A DNA stretch of 64,000 nucleotides from Vicugna vicugna (lineage: Eukaryota): positions 124,001 through 188,000 of the forward strand of contig MU058257.1 in NCBI GenBank assembly GCA_013265495.1, read 5' to 3'. The notes beneath the pieces were generated by a model. The model did not search any database. It saw only the letters and a program-made list of their open reading frames with translations, and was not told the origin of the DNA. Positions 1-14,454 of the stretch are shown here, piece by piece; the stretch's first letter is position 1; every line of letters begins with the position of its first letter. The translations under genes and the position numbers were made by a program.

Positions 1-3000
1 TTTAATATCACAGCCAGAAGGTCGTCGCAGCCCAAGATGTTGGATGACACCTAAGACATCCATCTGACTTGCCATTTTATAGTCATGTGGCCATAAACTA
101 ACTCCTTCAGTCATGTGCTGTATTTGCAACAGCACGCTCTACGTACAGTATCTTGATCTAAGTACACGGATGCTGTGAGTCCCGGCTTGTGGGGAGAGCT
201 CCTAAAATAAACAAGAATGAGAGATCTATTATTACCAGATTGCATAGGATAAGAATCCTGCTGAGAACTCCGACAGGCCTATATAGGATGGGAGTTGGGC
301 CCTACCTCTTAAACTTTAAATAAGAAATAAATTACTATTTTAAAAGAACATCGGTTGCCTTTCAAGTTGCTGAAGGACAATTTGCTAGCATGGGTCTTTA
401 ATAAAGGGAGGCGACAGAAATAATCATCTTGTGACTTTGTTAGGCTAGAAAATCATTGGGACTTCTATCCAATCGTTGGTGTGAAGAGGTTTTTGTCTGT
501 TTGTTTCATATCTATGAACACATGCACAATTGTTAAGAGGTTCTTCTAGATGGAAAACTTAGTTTTGAAAAATCACTAATGATGCTAGCAGGCTACCCTG
601 GACCATCTGGCTCCTTTGACAATATCCTGTTGTTATCGCGACTAAGGCCCAGGTTTCAAAAGCCACGTCGATCACACATTTGGAAGCAGAGGTGAATGAT
701 TCCACAGCACAAAGTGCATTTAGTCTGAAGCAGTTTACATAATACTTTTACCTTTTATCTTGAATTTTTTAGGCATAAATATATCAGGAACAGTCATTAG
801 TGTTGTGAAAATCATCTCCTAAATGAGTCGATCTAATGCTAATAACTGAACTGTCTCCTTTTTAATATTTAAGCTCTAAACGCACTGCAGAGGTAAACTG
901 AGAAAGATCTGATAAAGGCCTGATGTGCATTAGTGAAACAGAATAGAATTTTTCTTGTCTTTACCAATATTGGTATTGTAATTTATATACAAATTTTTTT
1001 TTTGCTTTTTATTCATAATGATTTTTGTTAACAGGAGCTATTAAATTTAATAAAGCACATTCAGAATTGTCCATGGAAACTCATTTAGGTGCTGATTATC
1101 TTTGAAGGATAACTTGCTTCTATAAAGAAAAGCAAAAACCATATAGAGATGCTGTCTTTACAGCTGAAAGGCTGTAGGCCGTTTGAGTCATCTATTCGAC
1201 AGGAACTGTAACTGCACTGGGGGACCATGCAGTCAGTCCCATCATTAGAAATTTTGGCCCCAGATAGTCTTGCTGGTATTAACAAGCCTGGCCTGTACAG
1301 TCCCAGGGTCGGGGGGACTGACTCCCTTAAGTGTGGGACCATCGGCGCTAAGGTGTGTAAACTTAGGTGCCCTTGTAGTCTTTTATTATTTCTTAGCCAT
1401 GAGCCTTTTAAACTTTGGTGGAAGTCCAGAGGAGAAAATAGAAAATATATAATAACCGTATAGAAACTATTCTATAAAATGGATTGGAGAAGATGTAATA
1501 TAATTGGATTATATATAAGTAGATGGAAATTGTTTCTGAAGGTGAGCTCTGAAAAGTACCTGGTGTTGGGAAAATTAAGTCTGAGATTGTAGGATTGAGC
1601 AGGTGGCCCAGTGTGGCTAGAGCATCCGTGTGGCTGCCCTGATGGCAGATGATGAGGTAAAGGCAGGATGTTTTCACCCAGACGGTGAAAGCCCGAATGT
1701 GTCCCCCCCAGGCCCTTGGCCCTTTGATCTAGTGGGCGCTGTGGAGCTGTTGCAAGTTTTCTGTAAAGGAATCGTCATACCCGAGTTTAGAATGGAATCT
1801 GGAGCAGCACTGTGGATGATTGACAGATGTAGAGAAGATACTAGAGGCAGAGAGACCAGGAGGAAGATAATTCCAGCCAACCAGGCAAGACATTGGGAGG
1901 CTCTGTTCAGGAGCAGTGAGCCTGAAAAGACAGAGAAACGAGAGGCATCCAGTAGGTTCCCACCCAGAGGACTTGGTGACTCAGGAGAAAATAATTCCCA
2001 CATTTCTCTTGGGAAACTAGGCCGGTTACTAGATGGTACAGACTTCCTTCACGGAGACAGGGAAGGCAAGAGCAGAAGCAGGCCTTCAGTTCTGGGTGAG
2101 CAAGGTGATATCTGGAAGCCATGAAAAAAGGACACATAAAAGCTGTACTTCATTGCTTTTTAAATGCAAACAAAAAATTACTGTACATGTTTTAAAGTTC
2201 ACAATTTATTAAGTTATCTTTTTTCTGCTGTGACTTAGTGTCACCCAGAAGCAAATTTGTGTGTCTGTGCACAAGCACAAACATCTGGGGCTGGAGATCA
2301 GGGCAGCTGGACCGCAGGTCCGAGGATGGTTATCCCCACCCAAATGCGGAGAGACTGAGCCCTAGTCAAAACCAGTGTCAGCATCAGCATCTCAGAGCGT
2401 TGTAAACACTGAATACCCTGGAATATACGGGAAAATCCTGCTGCAGTGCCTGGCACATAAAATGTACTCAATAAATGGCAGAACACCCGCATTTGCATTA
2501 AGCGCAATATACAAACTAACCTTTCAAAGCTTGGGGTCTAGGACTTGGCTTTAATTAGAGCCCTCTCCTCGATTTAACCCCCGGTTTCTCATTCTTTCCT
2601 CGTGACTCCTTTCTGCACACTCCTCCTTCTACAGTCCTTTTGAGAACTTTCTCTGCTGGTTTGTAATTGTTCGTGTGATTTCCCTCCTTCCCCCAGCTTC
2701 TCAAGGGCAGAGACTACCTCACCATCGTCGTCATCATAATGATAATAACAACTGTATGCTATCCTCTGCTAAGTTTTTCATCAATTTCATCCTCCTTTTG
2801 GCGGTACCACTATTACCCTCACTGTGTAGCTCAGGAGACCGGGGCATAAAGGGCTTGATACCCTGCCCAGGCTCACACCGCTAGACAGGGGGAGCCGGTT
2901 CTCAAACCCAAGGGCTGACAGTGCCCTTCCCCAGGGCATGACGGACTCGGGCGCCAGCCCTCACCCAGTTCGCCCAGTAAGTGACCAGCACTCAGTAACT

Positions 3001-3089
3001 GCTCATGAGATGATTGTAACACAAGGGAGAACTGAAAGGCTAGACCATGGCTGTTGATTCTGTGTACTGGGGGGTTTCTGAGGGAGAAC

Positions 3090-3335
3090 TCCATGGTTAA
3101 GGGTGCAGCCCCTGGGGTCAGGATGCCAGGCTCGGAGCTCAGCCGTGTGACCCTGAGCAAGTGCACCTGCCCCACCTCCCTCACCTCTCTCACCTCCCTG
3201 TTTTCTCTCCATGAAATGGGATAATAATAGTGCTGACTTCATAGTGTGGGCCCACTGGAGAGTCCAGTGAAGTCATTTGGTAAAGCACTTAGAATAGTAC
3301 CTGGTGCATTTTAAGCACTCCGTAAATACTGCTTC
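3090..3335 (+). mobile_element. MIR SINE
   Basis: MIR core motifs: gtgtgaccctgagcaagt, tgaaatgggataataatagtgctgacttcatag, gtaaagcacttagaatagtacctgg. Confidence 0.8.
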
Positions 3336-4134
3336 TTTTTTAAACCTTAGCAGTCCTAGTTGAGTACCTTTATAGCAACAAATATAAACATTTGTTAAGT
3401 AAACTTCTTTGGACATATGTATGAGCAAATACACGTGAACTAACACGGTTTCTCAAAAGAGAGTGGCCAGAAATGTTTTTCTTCAGGGGCAGGATTATTT
3501 GACCCATTTTAAATTAGCACATTAAATAAAACTGAAACCTAAATTACAAAACGCAAAAGCAGAAACCCCGAACCGAATTTCAGATTTAAATGCAAGTTTA
3601 GATTCTTTCTTCATGAGCTCACACCCTAGCACTCTGCTGGCACTCAGACAAGACACCTGTGAATTTTTGGGTTACTGTTCTTTCCTACCTGGTTGGATTT
3701 ATTGATCTGTGTTTTTCGGGGCAGATATAAATGGTTTAGGGTTATTTCCTTGTTTCTTCTTGTTCGGCTTGTTCTTTGGACTTGTTGAAACACTAACCAG
3801 CTTTTTAAAAATATTTTAAGTTTTTTAAAAATGTAGACACCTTTTTTCTACTTCTTATAGTTATTATGAATTTTTTCCAGTAATCCTAAGTTACACAAAG
3901 GTTATCGGCAGATAAAGCTACAGACATCCGTCAGCTTAAGATAATTTTGTGAATGCTTACGTCAGTCTTAAACAATGTGAAGTGTACTTGGTGCTTTCAA
4001 CATAAACATAGCTTCTGAAGTTAGAATCTGTTTTCTTAATTTCTTCTTAGCCCAACAATAAAGTAATCCACTGGGAGCTGGTAAAGCAGATGAATCAAGC
4101 AAGCGATGTTTTACTTCATTCACTGACACACTGA

Positions 4135-4390
4135 AATTAAGGCAGCGTATGCTTCGGGGTTCAGGTTGTGGTGCACACTTCCTGGGTTCACATCCTTGCT
4201 TCACCGCCTGTTAGCTGGATAATCGTAAAAGGAGTTACCTAATCTCTCTAGGCCTTAGTTTTTGCATCTGCAAATTGAGGCTAATGGTAGTGGCCGCTCC
4301 CTAGGACGATGAGGATGAAATGAGAAAACCCCTGCAATGTGTGTTAGCCTAGGGCCTGGAATACAGTAAGTAGCAAATATGTGCTAATTA
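4135..4390 (+). mobile_element. MIR SINE
   Basis: cctgggttcacatccttgct...ctctctaggccttagtttttgcatctgcaaattg...gggcctggaatacagtaagt. Confidence 0.75.
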
Positions 4391-6632
4391 TAGCGCCATT
4401 TTCCAGGGCTCCTAGTCCTTGCCCTTTAAGGACCCTGCGAGGAAAACACACCAGCAGTAGAGACAGCATAACAGGGGGGAAGCTCTGGCACAGGCAGACA
4501 CAGTGGAGGAGCAGGGGCGGTGCTCTGCCTGGAGGGCGAAGGACAGGCTCTCAGAGATGGAATCTTCTGCGAGGCGCAGTTTCAGTGGAGTTACGATGGA
4601 CGATGCTAGACTGCAGTGGTTAACAGCTTATGTAGTAAACATTTTGGCTCAAATATCTTTAGCATAAATCAAACCCAAGTCCTCAAGAGTCTTTAATTTG
4701 CCACCTGAGACGGGAAGAAGCTGAAACCATCTCTGAGAGACTTTGCAGTGCCTCACCACACAAGCGCATGAAGACACGTCCAAGGAGCCAGATTGTAGTG
4801 TCTCGTCTAACATTAAATTCTTAGTTCTACCGAAATTTCTGTCAGATAGAAGTCGATGAAAGATTGGCTCTTTAATGACTTCTTGTAATTATTATCCTAT
4901 TCAACGTTCAATATATGCCAGTCTAGAGATTACATAATGCGTTTTTGGGTGGATCCCTTGTCTGAGCATTTTTAACTTGCTGCAGAACATCCAAGGGACC
5001 ACCGTGGACCTCTGCCCATCAAGGCTGTGGTTCTCAGCTCTGCCATGTCCCCAGGCCACGCTGTTCTGAGCTGGAAACAGCTGTGCCAGCTAGATGAACT
5101 AGATCAGGCCCATCTTTCAATCCAGCGGGTTCTTGGGGCCGCTCAGCCCATTGGCCATGATCTTGGCACAGCATTTAATAAGTGGTAACAGTAATACTTG
5201 CTAAATCTACCTGAAACAGACTTGAGTTATTGGAAATAACTACGTTTTTCTCAAACAGAAGCAGATCACATTTGTGAGCAAAATAAAATCAGTTATGAAG
5301 GGGTTTTGTGTTTTTTAAAATTTCACAAACTAAAGCTCATTTTCCTAGATGTGCATCTGGTATACTGCAAAATAAATACTAAATGAGAATATAGGATCAT
5401 TGTATGTGCAAGTATTATGAACAGAAAGACTGAATTCACAGATTTTAAACATTCTTATAAATCTTGCTATAAATTTTGGATTTTCAGTCCAAAATCAATT
5501 AGTCTTACTCGACAGAATCCTGCCTTTTCTTCCATAATTTTCTTCTAAGTTTCAGTCTTGAGCCAGTCTGAAACGCACCCTAGCTAGCAAGTCAAGTATA
5601 GGAACTAGTTTGTATAATTAATTAATTTGCAATTGAAAATCTGGGGCTAATACCCAATACGAATATTCATGCATTTCTTTTTACTCTTAACTGATGACCA
5701 CACATAGCTTTTTACATGTCTTACTGTAATTTGCTATTGATAAAACCTTATATAAAATAGGCAATGTCAGGTTGTTCCCTGTGTGATTAATTTGTTATGA
5801 TCTCCTTGAAACTGTCTTACATATCTTACTTTAGATTATACAGGGGAGTCTCATGATAGGCTCAGAGAGACCTAAGGGAGAATCTTTTAATTTACCAGGT
5901 TTGGGATTCCCCCAGCCAAACTAGATCTTAACCCCAACTACTTCTAAGCAGAGGGAGACTGCAGTTGAAATGCAGAGAGAAAGACAATAGTTAATGTCCT
6001 CACGAGGACGTGCAGATTTTGCCTTCAGAACGTCACTCAGTGTAAGGTGTAACGCCACCAGATAAGGGAAGTCAGCACTGGAGACAGTATTGTGTTCAGT
6101 GGCTGATGGACTGAAAACAGGCAAGACATATGTGAAAATCCAAATTTATAGCAGGGATTCAGACCCTTGACTTGTACAGCGATGACTCTAAGTGTCATAA
6201 ATCCTGCCCCAGACTTTGGATGTCTTCATTTGAAGATCATATTACTTCAGTAATCAATAGAATCTATAAATTAGTGTGTTCGCTGTCTGTCCTAGCTCGA
6301 GGAGCCAAGAGTAGTTCTGTCGAAGGAAGTCTAGCCTTCAGTATGATCCTCACTTGGGACAGTGGTGGTTTCTCTCACAGCGATCATCAGTGAGCAGAGA
6401 GAGCTCATTTAGACTAGACGGTAAACAAAAAGAAGAGCCTCAAGGATACAATTAAGGAAAGAGTTTTAACCCGTTTTTAAATATAAGTGCAAAGTTGTGG
6501 ATCATTACACAGCACTAATCCACCGTGATTATATTTGTCAAATGGAGGAGATAAAAAGGTTTCATACTAGGAGTTTGCCATTAGTTACCCTGGTATCTTT
6601 TTTTCATGTCTCAGGAAGTAAAGCTCCCCTCG

Positions 6633-6670
6633 TTTTTTTGTTCTTGTTTTTGTTTTTGTTTTTGTTTTTC
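6633..6670. repeat. (TTTTTG)n simple repeat
   Basis: tttttttgttcttgtttttgtttttgtttttgtttttc seen directly. Confidence 0.9.
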
Positions 6671-9600
6671 AAGGAATTGGTCTGTTGCTGCGTGGCACCT
6701 GGTAGACACGGCCTTAGTGCTCACTGGCAACCAGCTAAGAAATCTGCCTGAAAGAAAGGGTGTGAGGGGCAGGCGGGGCAGGCCAGTCACCTTGGCCCCT
6801 GCTCCGCTGCTGGCTGCTGCCTCAGCGTGTAAACCTGACTCCTGTGGAAGGGGCACGTAACCAGGCGAGTTGGTGCTCCCCGATCTGGAAGGAACACTCC
6901 AAAATGACAATAACTGGCAGCAGAAAGCACAGCAGAAAGCGCTGACAGCGTCTGTACTGGGGGAGCAGCTCAGAAATCAGAACACGGTCACCATCCCATA
7001 GGGAGTCTCCTGGCTCCACAGAAACCTCCAGACACTTTGTTTTAGGAGTCACAGCAGATGCCAGAAACAGTGACTGCACCTTTGGCTCCTAAATCCTACC
7101 TCCTCCAAGGCCCTGATGAAATGCTGTCCTGCCTACCCCCGACCACATCGCCTTCATCCCTCACGCACCAGGTGCCCCGTGTCATGGTCTGTGCCCGCTT
7201 ACGGCACTTAGCGTCCCCCGCTTTGTGTGACTGGGTTCACGTGTGTGTCTCATCTAAGCCTGACCTTAAACTCCTTCCGCACGGAGGATGCTGTCAACAC
7301 TGAGTCAGGCAGGGGTCTCCGCTCCCCGAGCCGGCACAGGTCCTGTTAGGAGAAGGCGAGCACGCTGAACCAGAGCACCTCACTTAGTGTTTTCTTTATT
7401 CTGAGAAAACTGTCAGGCACTTGCTGGGCGTTTGGCACTCTGGATGCAAGAGTACACCTTCTGGTGAGAAACACAGACTCCCAACTAAATAAATGCAGCG
7501 TGAAAAGTGCCAGGAACACAGTCCATAGAAAATACTCTGAGTGGGTGAAGAAACGAGTGGCTAGTTTTGCCTGGTGGCTAGCAAAGGTCAGAGTCTCTCA
7601 AACCAGGTCCAAGTCCCACAGGAGGGATCCGAGGGGAGTTCTGGGCATCTGGGAGGTCAGGGGGCTGAGCTTTAAGCACCTGCCTGGGGGTACCAGGATC
7701 TGGCAGAGATACACGATTGAGATGAGCTGGTCCCTTTCCCTTTCCTCTCTTGCAAATTGAAGAGTTTCTGTACCGCCTTGGATCCTCAAATAGCTGTGAG
7801 TTGCAGTTTCTATGAAGTCGACTGGGATTCTTTTTTTTATGGCTTTCAGATGGTATAGGAGCTCTTAGCAAAACTCTGTGGTCAGTTCATTTAGCATGAA
7901 AGGTCTAAGTGCAGTAAATCCTTGTTAAATAGATATATAATAGATTACCCTATGGGGTGTGAAAAATAAAATTCTGGTTATGCATAAAACTTCATCTTAG
8001 ATTTAGATGGTAAACGTCTCTCAGCCCTAACATTTCCACATTGAATCATTCAACAAACGTGCCCTGAGGGCCTGAGTAAGCCAGCTTCTGTCCCTGGAGT
8101 TGGGGTCACAGCCCCCAGCTCCGTCAGCCTCCTCTGCAGACCTTTGCCAGCAGCGAGGGGCGAAGGTCAGGAAGCCATCCCACAGCACCGTTCCTGTAGT
8201 GGTATTTACCAAGCATCCAGAGATCGAAAGTTGAATGGCGAAGTAGAGAAATGAGATGACTTTCTAGATAACCCAGTTGAGAATTCCATTTGGGAGGGGC
8301 AGGGCCCCCAGTCCTCCCCACATCATCTGAATAATTTCAGCCCTTCCCTGAGCCCTTTGACTCTGACCATCACACACCATGGACATAGCTGGGCATTATG
8401 AGAAGCAAGAGAATGAACAAAAATAATAACCCCTGTTCTCCAGGAGAAAAACTAAACCCAAATCCTCACATGACTCACAGGATTTAGGAAATCTAAAGTA
8501 GTGTCAGGTTTGCAGAGTTTCAAATATGATAGCTAAGAATAAGCTTTTATAATAGAGCTTAAGTCGTGTTTCCTTTGGACTTTTTTTCTAATGAAAGCTT
8601 AACCAACTGCACTTCTTCACGTTAAAGTTACTAAAGTCATTATGTAAGTAGTAGCAGAAAATGACTTAACAGGTGATGACTAACAGACTTCTAATTAACA
8701 AGAGTTTATTGAGTGCCTACTATGTGCCAGGCTTTAGAGATATGAAGCCTGAGTTCCAGGCATCAGAAGAGCCTCCATCTAATAAATAACTATAATTAGA
8801 CATATAATGGTATCTATAAATATAACATAAAATGTATTATAATAATTTTATAGATATGTTATAAAAACATAATGTGAAAATAATAGACATAATATACAGT
8901 CATGTCAGATAAATAGCTGTGACAAAGAGCACGCGGCCACCTCCTTGGGAAAGAAGGCGTTAGGGACGGCTTTGAAAAGGGAGTGGTGTAAGCTGGGTTG
9001 CAAGATGGGAAGGCCATTGCAAACACCCATGGCAAACCCACAGAGAATGTATTTTCAGTGTTTGAGCTTATACGGTACAGTCCAAGTTGAAAGGCACCTT
9101 ATCGGTCTTCTGATCCAGTGTCCCAGCCAGGAAATCCCCAACAGATTTTCCTCCCAAATGCAGGGGTCAGGGGTGGGCTTAAACTGCCTGGGGCAGCTGC
9201 TCGGCAGTGTTGTTTATTTTAGGTATTAGTTGGCTCAAGTCTTCAGTGGAGGAGATAAATACAGTTGCATAGGTAAAAAGCACTGGTCCTGGTATAAAGA
9301 GCGTGCAACCTACCGGCAAGCTCCGTGTTCGTGTCCTTGGGCAAATGAGATCAAATTATTTAACGTAGGAGAAAGTGATCTGTAAACTGCGATGTGCTGA
9401 GTACATGTAAATTATTTTTAAGTCATTTTTGTTATGATCTCTTGGGCACCCTACTTCCTTCATTTACAAAATGAAAATGTTTCACCCAGGAGTCTCAAGT
9501 CCCCTCTATAGCTCTAGAATTAAATGCTTTGGTGATTATCCAGCTTTCTCTTGACTGTTTCTAAGGACAGGAATGCTTTTTCAGCGTACTCCCTTCCACT

Positions 9601-9830
9601 GCTGTGGACAAGGACTTAATATCGGCATTAGAGCATCCTGTTTGGGGAATTATAACTAGTAATTGGTTTTGTAAGTTGCAGACCCTGGCACACAAAGCTG
9701 AGGCTATGCGGTTTGCAGGATTTGTGGATGTTGCAATCAGTAGTGATGTTTTTGTTGTTGTTGCACATTGTGCCCAAAGTCAGTTGCTTCAAATCTTGCT
9801 TTTAATGACACGTTTATGTTCTTTTGGTAG

Positions 9831-10056
9831 CCAGAAGTGCAGCTTGCTGAAGGCTTCGACGTGTTCATGCCTAAATCTCAGCTGGACTCAATATTGTCAA
9901 ACTACACTCGCTCAGGGAGCCTTCTGTTTAGAAAACTGGTGTGTGCGTTTTTTGATGACAAGACTTTGGCTAACTCCTTACCCAATGGGAAGAGGAAAAG
10001 AGGACTCAATGACAACCGGAAAGGACTAGACCAAAATATTGTGGGTGCAATAAAAG
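9831..10056 (+). CDS. BEND7: BEND7 internal coding exon, N-terminal part of BEN domain (PEVQLAEGFDVFMPKSQLDSILSNYTRSGSLLFRKLVCAFFDDKTLANSLPNGKRKRGLNDNRKGLDQNIVGAIK)
   Basis: Acceptor tttatgttcttttggtag|CCA at 9830/9831 and donor AAAG|gttggt at 10056/10057. The peptide matches my recollection of mammalian BEND7. It ends in phase 1 and joins in frame to the exon at 29474. Upstream exons lie outside the window. Confidence 0.96.
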
Positions 10057-12623
10057 GTTGGTCTGCATCATTTCATTTTACGGGTTCTTTGTTAAGCTTT
10101 GTCTTCATTCCGTAAAGACGCAGCTGAAACTGGTAAAGGGCTAGAGATGAATTTAACGTGTGGTTGGCCATTTGCCCACCAGCAGGGCTTTGGGGGTGTG
10201 AGTTCCATAACTCTCCACCCCAAATACCACTAAAATTTGCTATTTCATGGTGATGTTAGTTTGTTAAAAATCATAACTTAAGAGCCGGTCTGATCTACTG
10301 CAGAACCAAAAAGTTTTTCCTTAATTAACTTTGAAAATGAAGATATTTTTCCTGCCAGTAAAATCAGAACAGGATTTCTGCTGAGGTTTTTTTAGCTGTA
10401 AGAATAAAGCTATGATGCATTTTTGAAAATAAAGTAAAATGGTTCTCTCCAAAGTTCAGAAGTTGCTTTAGCACGTCACTGCTTCTAAAGACATTTTAAG
10501 TGGAAGTGAACCCACTGTGAAGCCAAACCCTACTCTGCTCCCTCTGGTTTTGTAACATGGAGTCATGCCAGTTACATGCAGAGAGGACCACGGGTCTCCC
10601 TCTTAAAACTTGCAAACTGTGTCTGAATTCCACGCATCATGAAAGCCATGCGCGTATGAGTAAATATTCATTTACGTCCACTTCCACATCCTAGATGTAT
10701 TTTTTTTATTTCTTAATTTTAAAATGTCCTTATTCAGGACTCTGATAAGTGTAATTTTAGGTAATAGATTTTAGTAATTTAATTTTAGGTATTTAGATGC
10801 AATTTTCAGAAAGAATGTAAATGAGTTCTCAGATATAAACACAACTGCCATGAAAATGAAGTTTGGGATCTGGCCTTAATTGCCCTAGAATCACTGAGCA
10901 GAATGTTCCTCAGTGCCCAGGTCCTGTGTCGTTTGGCTGTGGAGTGGGACTGACACACAGTCACCACCACCACCCCCACTCCTGGTCCCCGCTGTCATGC
11001 AAAACGAGTAAATGAATTTAACAGTGCTTAAAGGGTACTTGGAAACCTACAATTAACTTTTCAAAATAATACAATTTTTAAATGGAGTTAGCAAGTACCA
11101 GGCAGCTTTTGTTCGTGGCCAGAAGGACATAAGCCCTCACTAACAGAAAATTTCTCATTCTCCAACAGAGTTTTTTCACTTAAAGTGACAGTTGAGTTGT
11201 ATTAAATAAGCCAGAGAGATACCACAATCTCTGCCATTTCTGAAAAGAATGATTCAGCCTGGAGCGACACTGAAAACAAGATTACAGAATTTGAAAAATA
11301 GTCAGTGATGTAACCAGGACTTGCTGAAGTGAAGAAGGGTTCCATTTGGATTTAATATGGCTGGGGCTTCTGGAAACACGAAGGTCAAGGCTGAGATGCT
11401 TTTCAGGCTAACGCTTTTAAACGTGCTGAAATGTAGCCAGGGATTGTTTTAATTTTCTCTTTTTCTAGGGCAGTATATTAGCAATATGAAAATGTTTGGA
11501 AATTAGGGAATCATAAACGACCGTGTTGCATTTTAATGACGGTAGGAGAGTTACCCTGATAGATGAGAATGAAATCTATCATTACAAGCACGCTGATACG
11601 GCTTTTACTCCATCACTTTCAACCTGGACAGACTGGACCTCATACAGTGGTTTGAAAAACTCATATAGAGAACATGCCTTAATTTTCTTCACGGCCACAC
11701 TCTTTAGCCAGAGATAAAAATGACAGTGAGGCTGCTTCTGCTCTTAATACATAATCAAGCAGATTATTCAGGTCAGAGAACTTAAATTTTCCATACCTTC
11801 TTTTATCGTTGAATTAAACATGGCATTAGAATTCTTTTAGAACAAAGTAACTTTAAAACAGACACAAGTCCACCCATAAGCCACCAGCAACCTAGGTCAA
11901 CAGATATTGTATGTTCACTTGTTTACTCACAGTGTTGATTTGTAGAAAGAGTTTTACTTTGATTTTTTGTTCCTGGTTACAAACTAATACCTGCTTGTAA
12001 GAAAAAACCCAGACGGTAGAGAAGCATAGACACTGAAAGGCCTCCATCATCCCGGTCTGCGGAGGGTACTGGTACCGTCCTTCAGGCTTCCTTCAGAGCA
12101 TGAATGTGGTGTCAGCTTTGTCTCTCTTGCGAGAACGTTCTGTCCATGCTGATCAGCCAGCGCTTTCACCTGATTGATTCTGACCATTTCTTACAAGCAT
12201 CTCGAGGACAAGCCTTGTCTTCTTACTTTTTATTCCCTATTGCATGTCAGGGAGAGCTCCGCACACAGTCAGGTTTGCGCAAGTGCGCGCCGCGTGAGCG
12301 AACGGACGTAGGTTTTCGTCTTCCGTCTTGGCTCTGCCCTTAATCCATGGACATAGTGGGTCTAGTATGAAACATCCATTCTCACACCTGATTTGGCATG
12401 ACTGATGTCAAAATGTTGCTGTAAATTTCCACCAGTTAATAAAGTGCCAATGAAAACATTAAAAAATGGAAACTAAAATTGAATATAAATTTGAATGCAA
12501 TTCTCTTAATTCCCTAATACCTTTTGCCTTTACATACCATACTTCGACTCCTTAGAAGTGTATTAACCCACATATTGCAATATAAAGTGATTTTTGGAAG
12601 TAACTCTTCATTGAAGGTCTTTT

Positions 12624-12750
12624 GGGAGGCGTTATTATTTTATTTATAGATTTATTTACTAATTTTTTTAATGGAGGTACTAGGGGGTTGAACCCAGGAC
12701 CATGTGCATGCTAAGCACATGCTCTACCACTGGGCTATACCCTCCCTCTG
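12624..12750 (-). mobile_element. tRNA-Ala-derived camelid SINE (Vic-1-like)
   Basis: The reverse complement reads gggagggtatagcccagtggtagagcatgtgcttagcatgcac...ggttcaacccc...A-rich tail. TSD GAAGGTCTTTT at 12613-12623 and 12751-12761. Confidence 0.9.
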
Positions 12751-14454
12751 GAAGGTCTTTTTTTTTTTAAAGAGAGAAAATCACACAAAATGTAATAACA
12801 CGTATACATGGGAGAAATCCAGGGAATCTGAGTAACTCCTAATTGAAAGTCGTATATAATAATTATACCCTGTTTTTCTCGCTGTTGTTAGAAATGTATT
12901 TCCCTAACCAGGTCTTTTGAGTCTGAGCAATCTGGGAACGTGATAAAGTGTTTTCTTTCTACATCATAGTGGCAAGGCTACTCGTGTTACCACTACTGTC
13001 TACCGCATACTTTGAAAAGATTTTGCAAATGTTAAATATTCAGTCTTTCTTCCTCCATCCTTTATGGGATCATGCACCAATACTATATTAATTTGAAAAG
13101 TTCCACACCCTAGTAAGATGCAAAGATGAGTCGATTATCTGTATAATTGTCAAAATGAAAACAACAGTGAGGGCTGGATTTTTTTTCAAACTAAGTGATG
13201 AGGTTGGTTAGGAATGGGAAAAAAAGATGAAAGAAAACCTGTGAAATGCTTATAAGTAGGAAGAGAAATGAATAGAAGAAGCAGAGTTTATTGTGGGACT
13301 GTTAACATAGCTCTTTGTGGTGGTAATTAATATTCCCCATGACAGTATCTTGAAAATAAAATACAAGCCTCTTTGTAGAGATCACGTTTTTCACATAGTT
13401 TCATCTGTGTTATGGTGGCTGACACTTACTGGTAATTCATTAAAAATTCATTTATAGGTGTGACCCAACGTATTGATGATGAGAGGGTCCTTAATGAGAA
13501 ACAGTCACCTGAGCACTTTGAGTTTAACTCTGTGAAGAAGCACCTTAGGCCCTTATTAAGGTTAGTCTCAGGTTTTGGTGCCGAGGATAACTTAGTGTCT
13601 TGGGACTGACGGTACAGCCAGGACGCAGAGTGGAGGTCAGGACTCGGGCGTACGCTCCCCCCTTTAGGCTCTACCTGCTGCAAGCCATCTTGTCTCGATG
13701 CCCTGTGCCGGGAGACCGTGCCGGGTGACCTAGCGAGAGGTCATACTGACCTCATCTTTGCGTCTCTGGATGCTCTTCAGAAAGTGTGGTTGCAGTGGAG
13801 CCATTTTTAGAACCTGGGCTGTGATTTTTAATTCAGCTTCATAGTGATTAGTTGAGTATGTTCTGTAGATTCTTGAATCCTCTTGCATTCAAAGGAAATG
13901 ATGTCTGCTTGTCAAGTGCAAGAACCACTCTCCTGCCCTTAGTTCACTCCGTGCAACAGCCGAGATGGTGCAAACTGCACTGCTGCTCTCGGGGTGTCCG
14001 GGCTGATGACCCGCCGGGAGGGCCTGCAGGGAGCAGAGCATCCCCAGAGGAGCCCTCGCCGGGTGGGGACGCTCCCAGCACTAAGCCATGCTCCTTACAC
14101 GTCATGGGACCTCATCCTCCCATGGGCTCTGCTCAGCACACCACCAAAACCTCTCTTCTTATTTCAGCAACTGTAGAGACACGTAGGGTCTATGTTTGCC
14201 ATTTTTAGAATGCCTTTGTCTTCCACTTTTATTGTACATCATCACTCACTTCCTTGGATTTATTCCCCCAGAAGTGAATAGCTGTCTTCTATCTGACCTT
14301 CAACAGACTTTAACATGTTTGGGGGGTGGCATCTACATCTGATTTATTGTTTATTTCTTGACAGTAACTTTTGTGCATTCTGAGATCTCCCTGTAGGAAC
14401 AAGCCTGAATCATCAGCTTGGATTCAGATACCCCTTATGATGTTGATGATTTTA

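Noticed and set aside
9604..10029. 141-aa ORF overlapping the BEND7 exon in another frame
   Set aside because: GTG start in the intron and no recognisable protein. The BEND7 frame explains the locus.
13468..13512. TGATGA...CTGA resembling C/D-box snoRNA motifs
   Set aside because: Only about 40 nt apart, with no terminal stem or recognisable guide.
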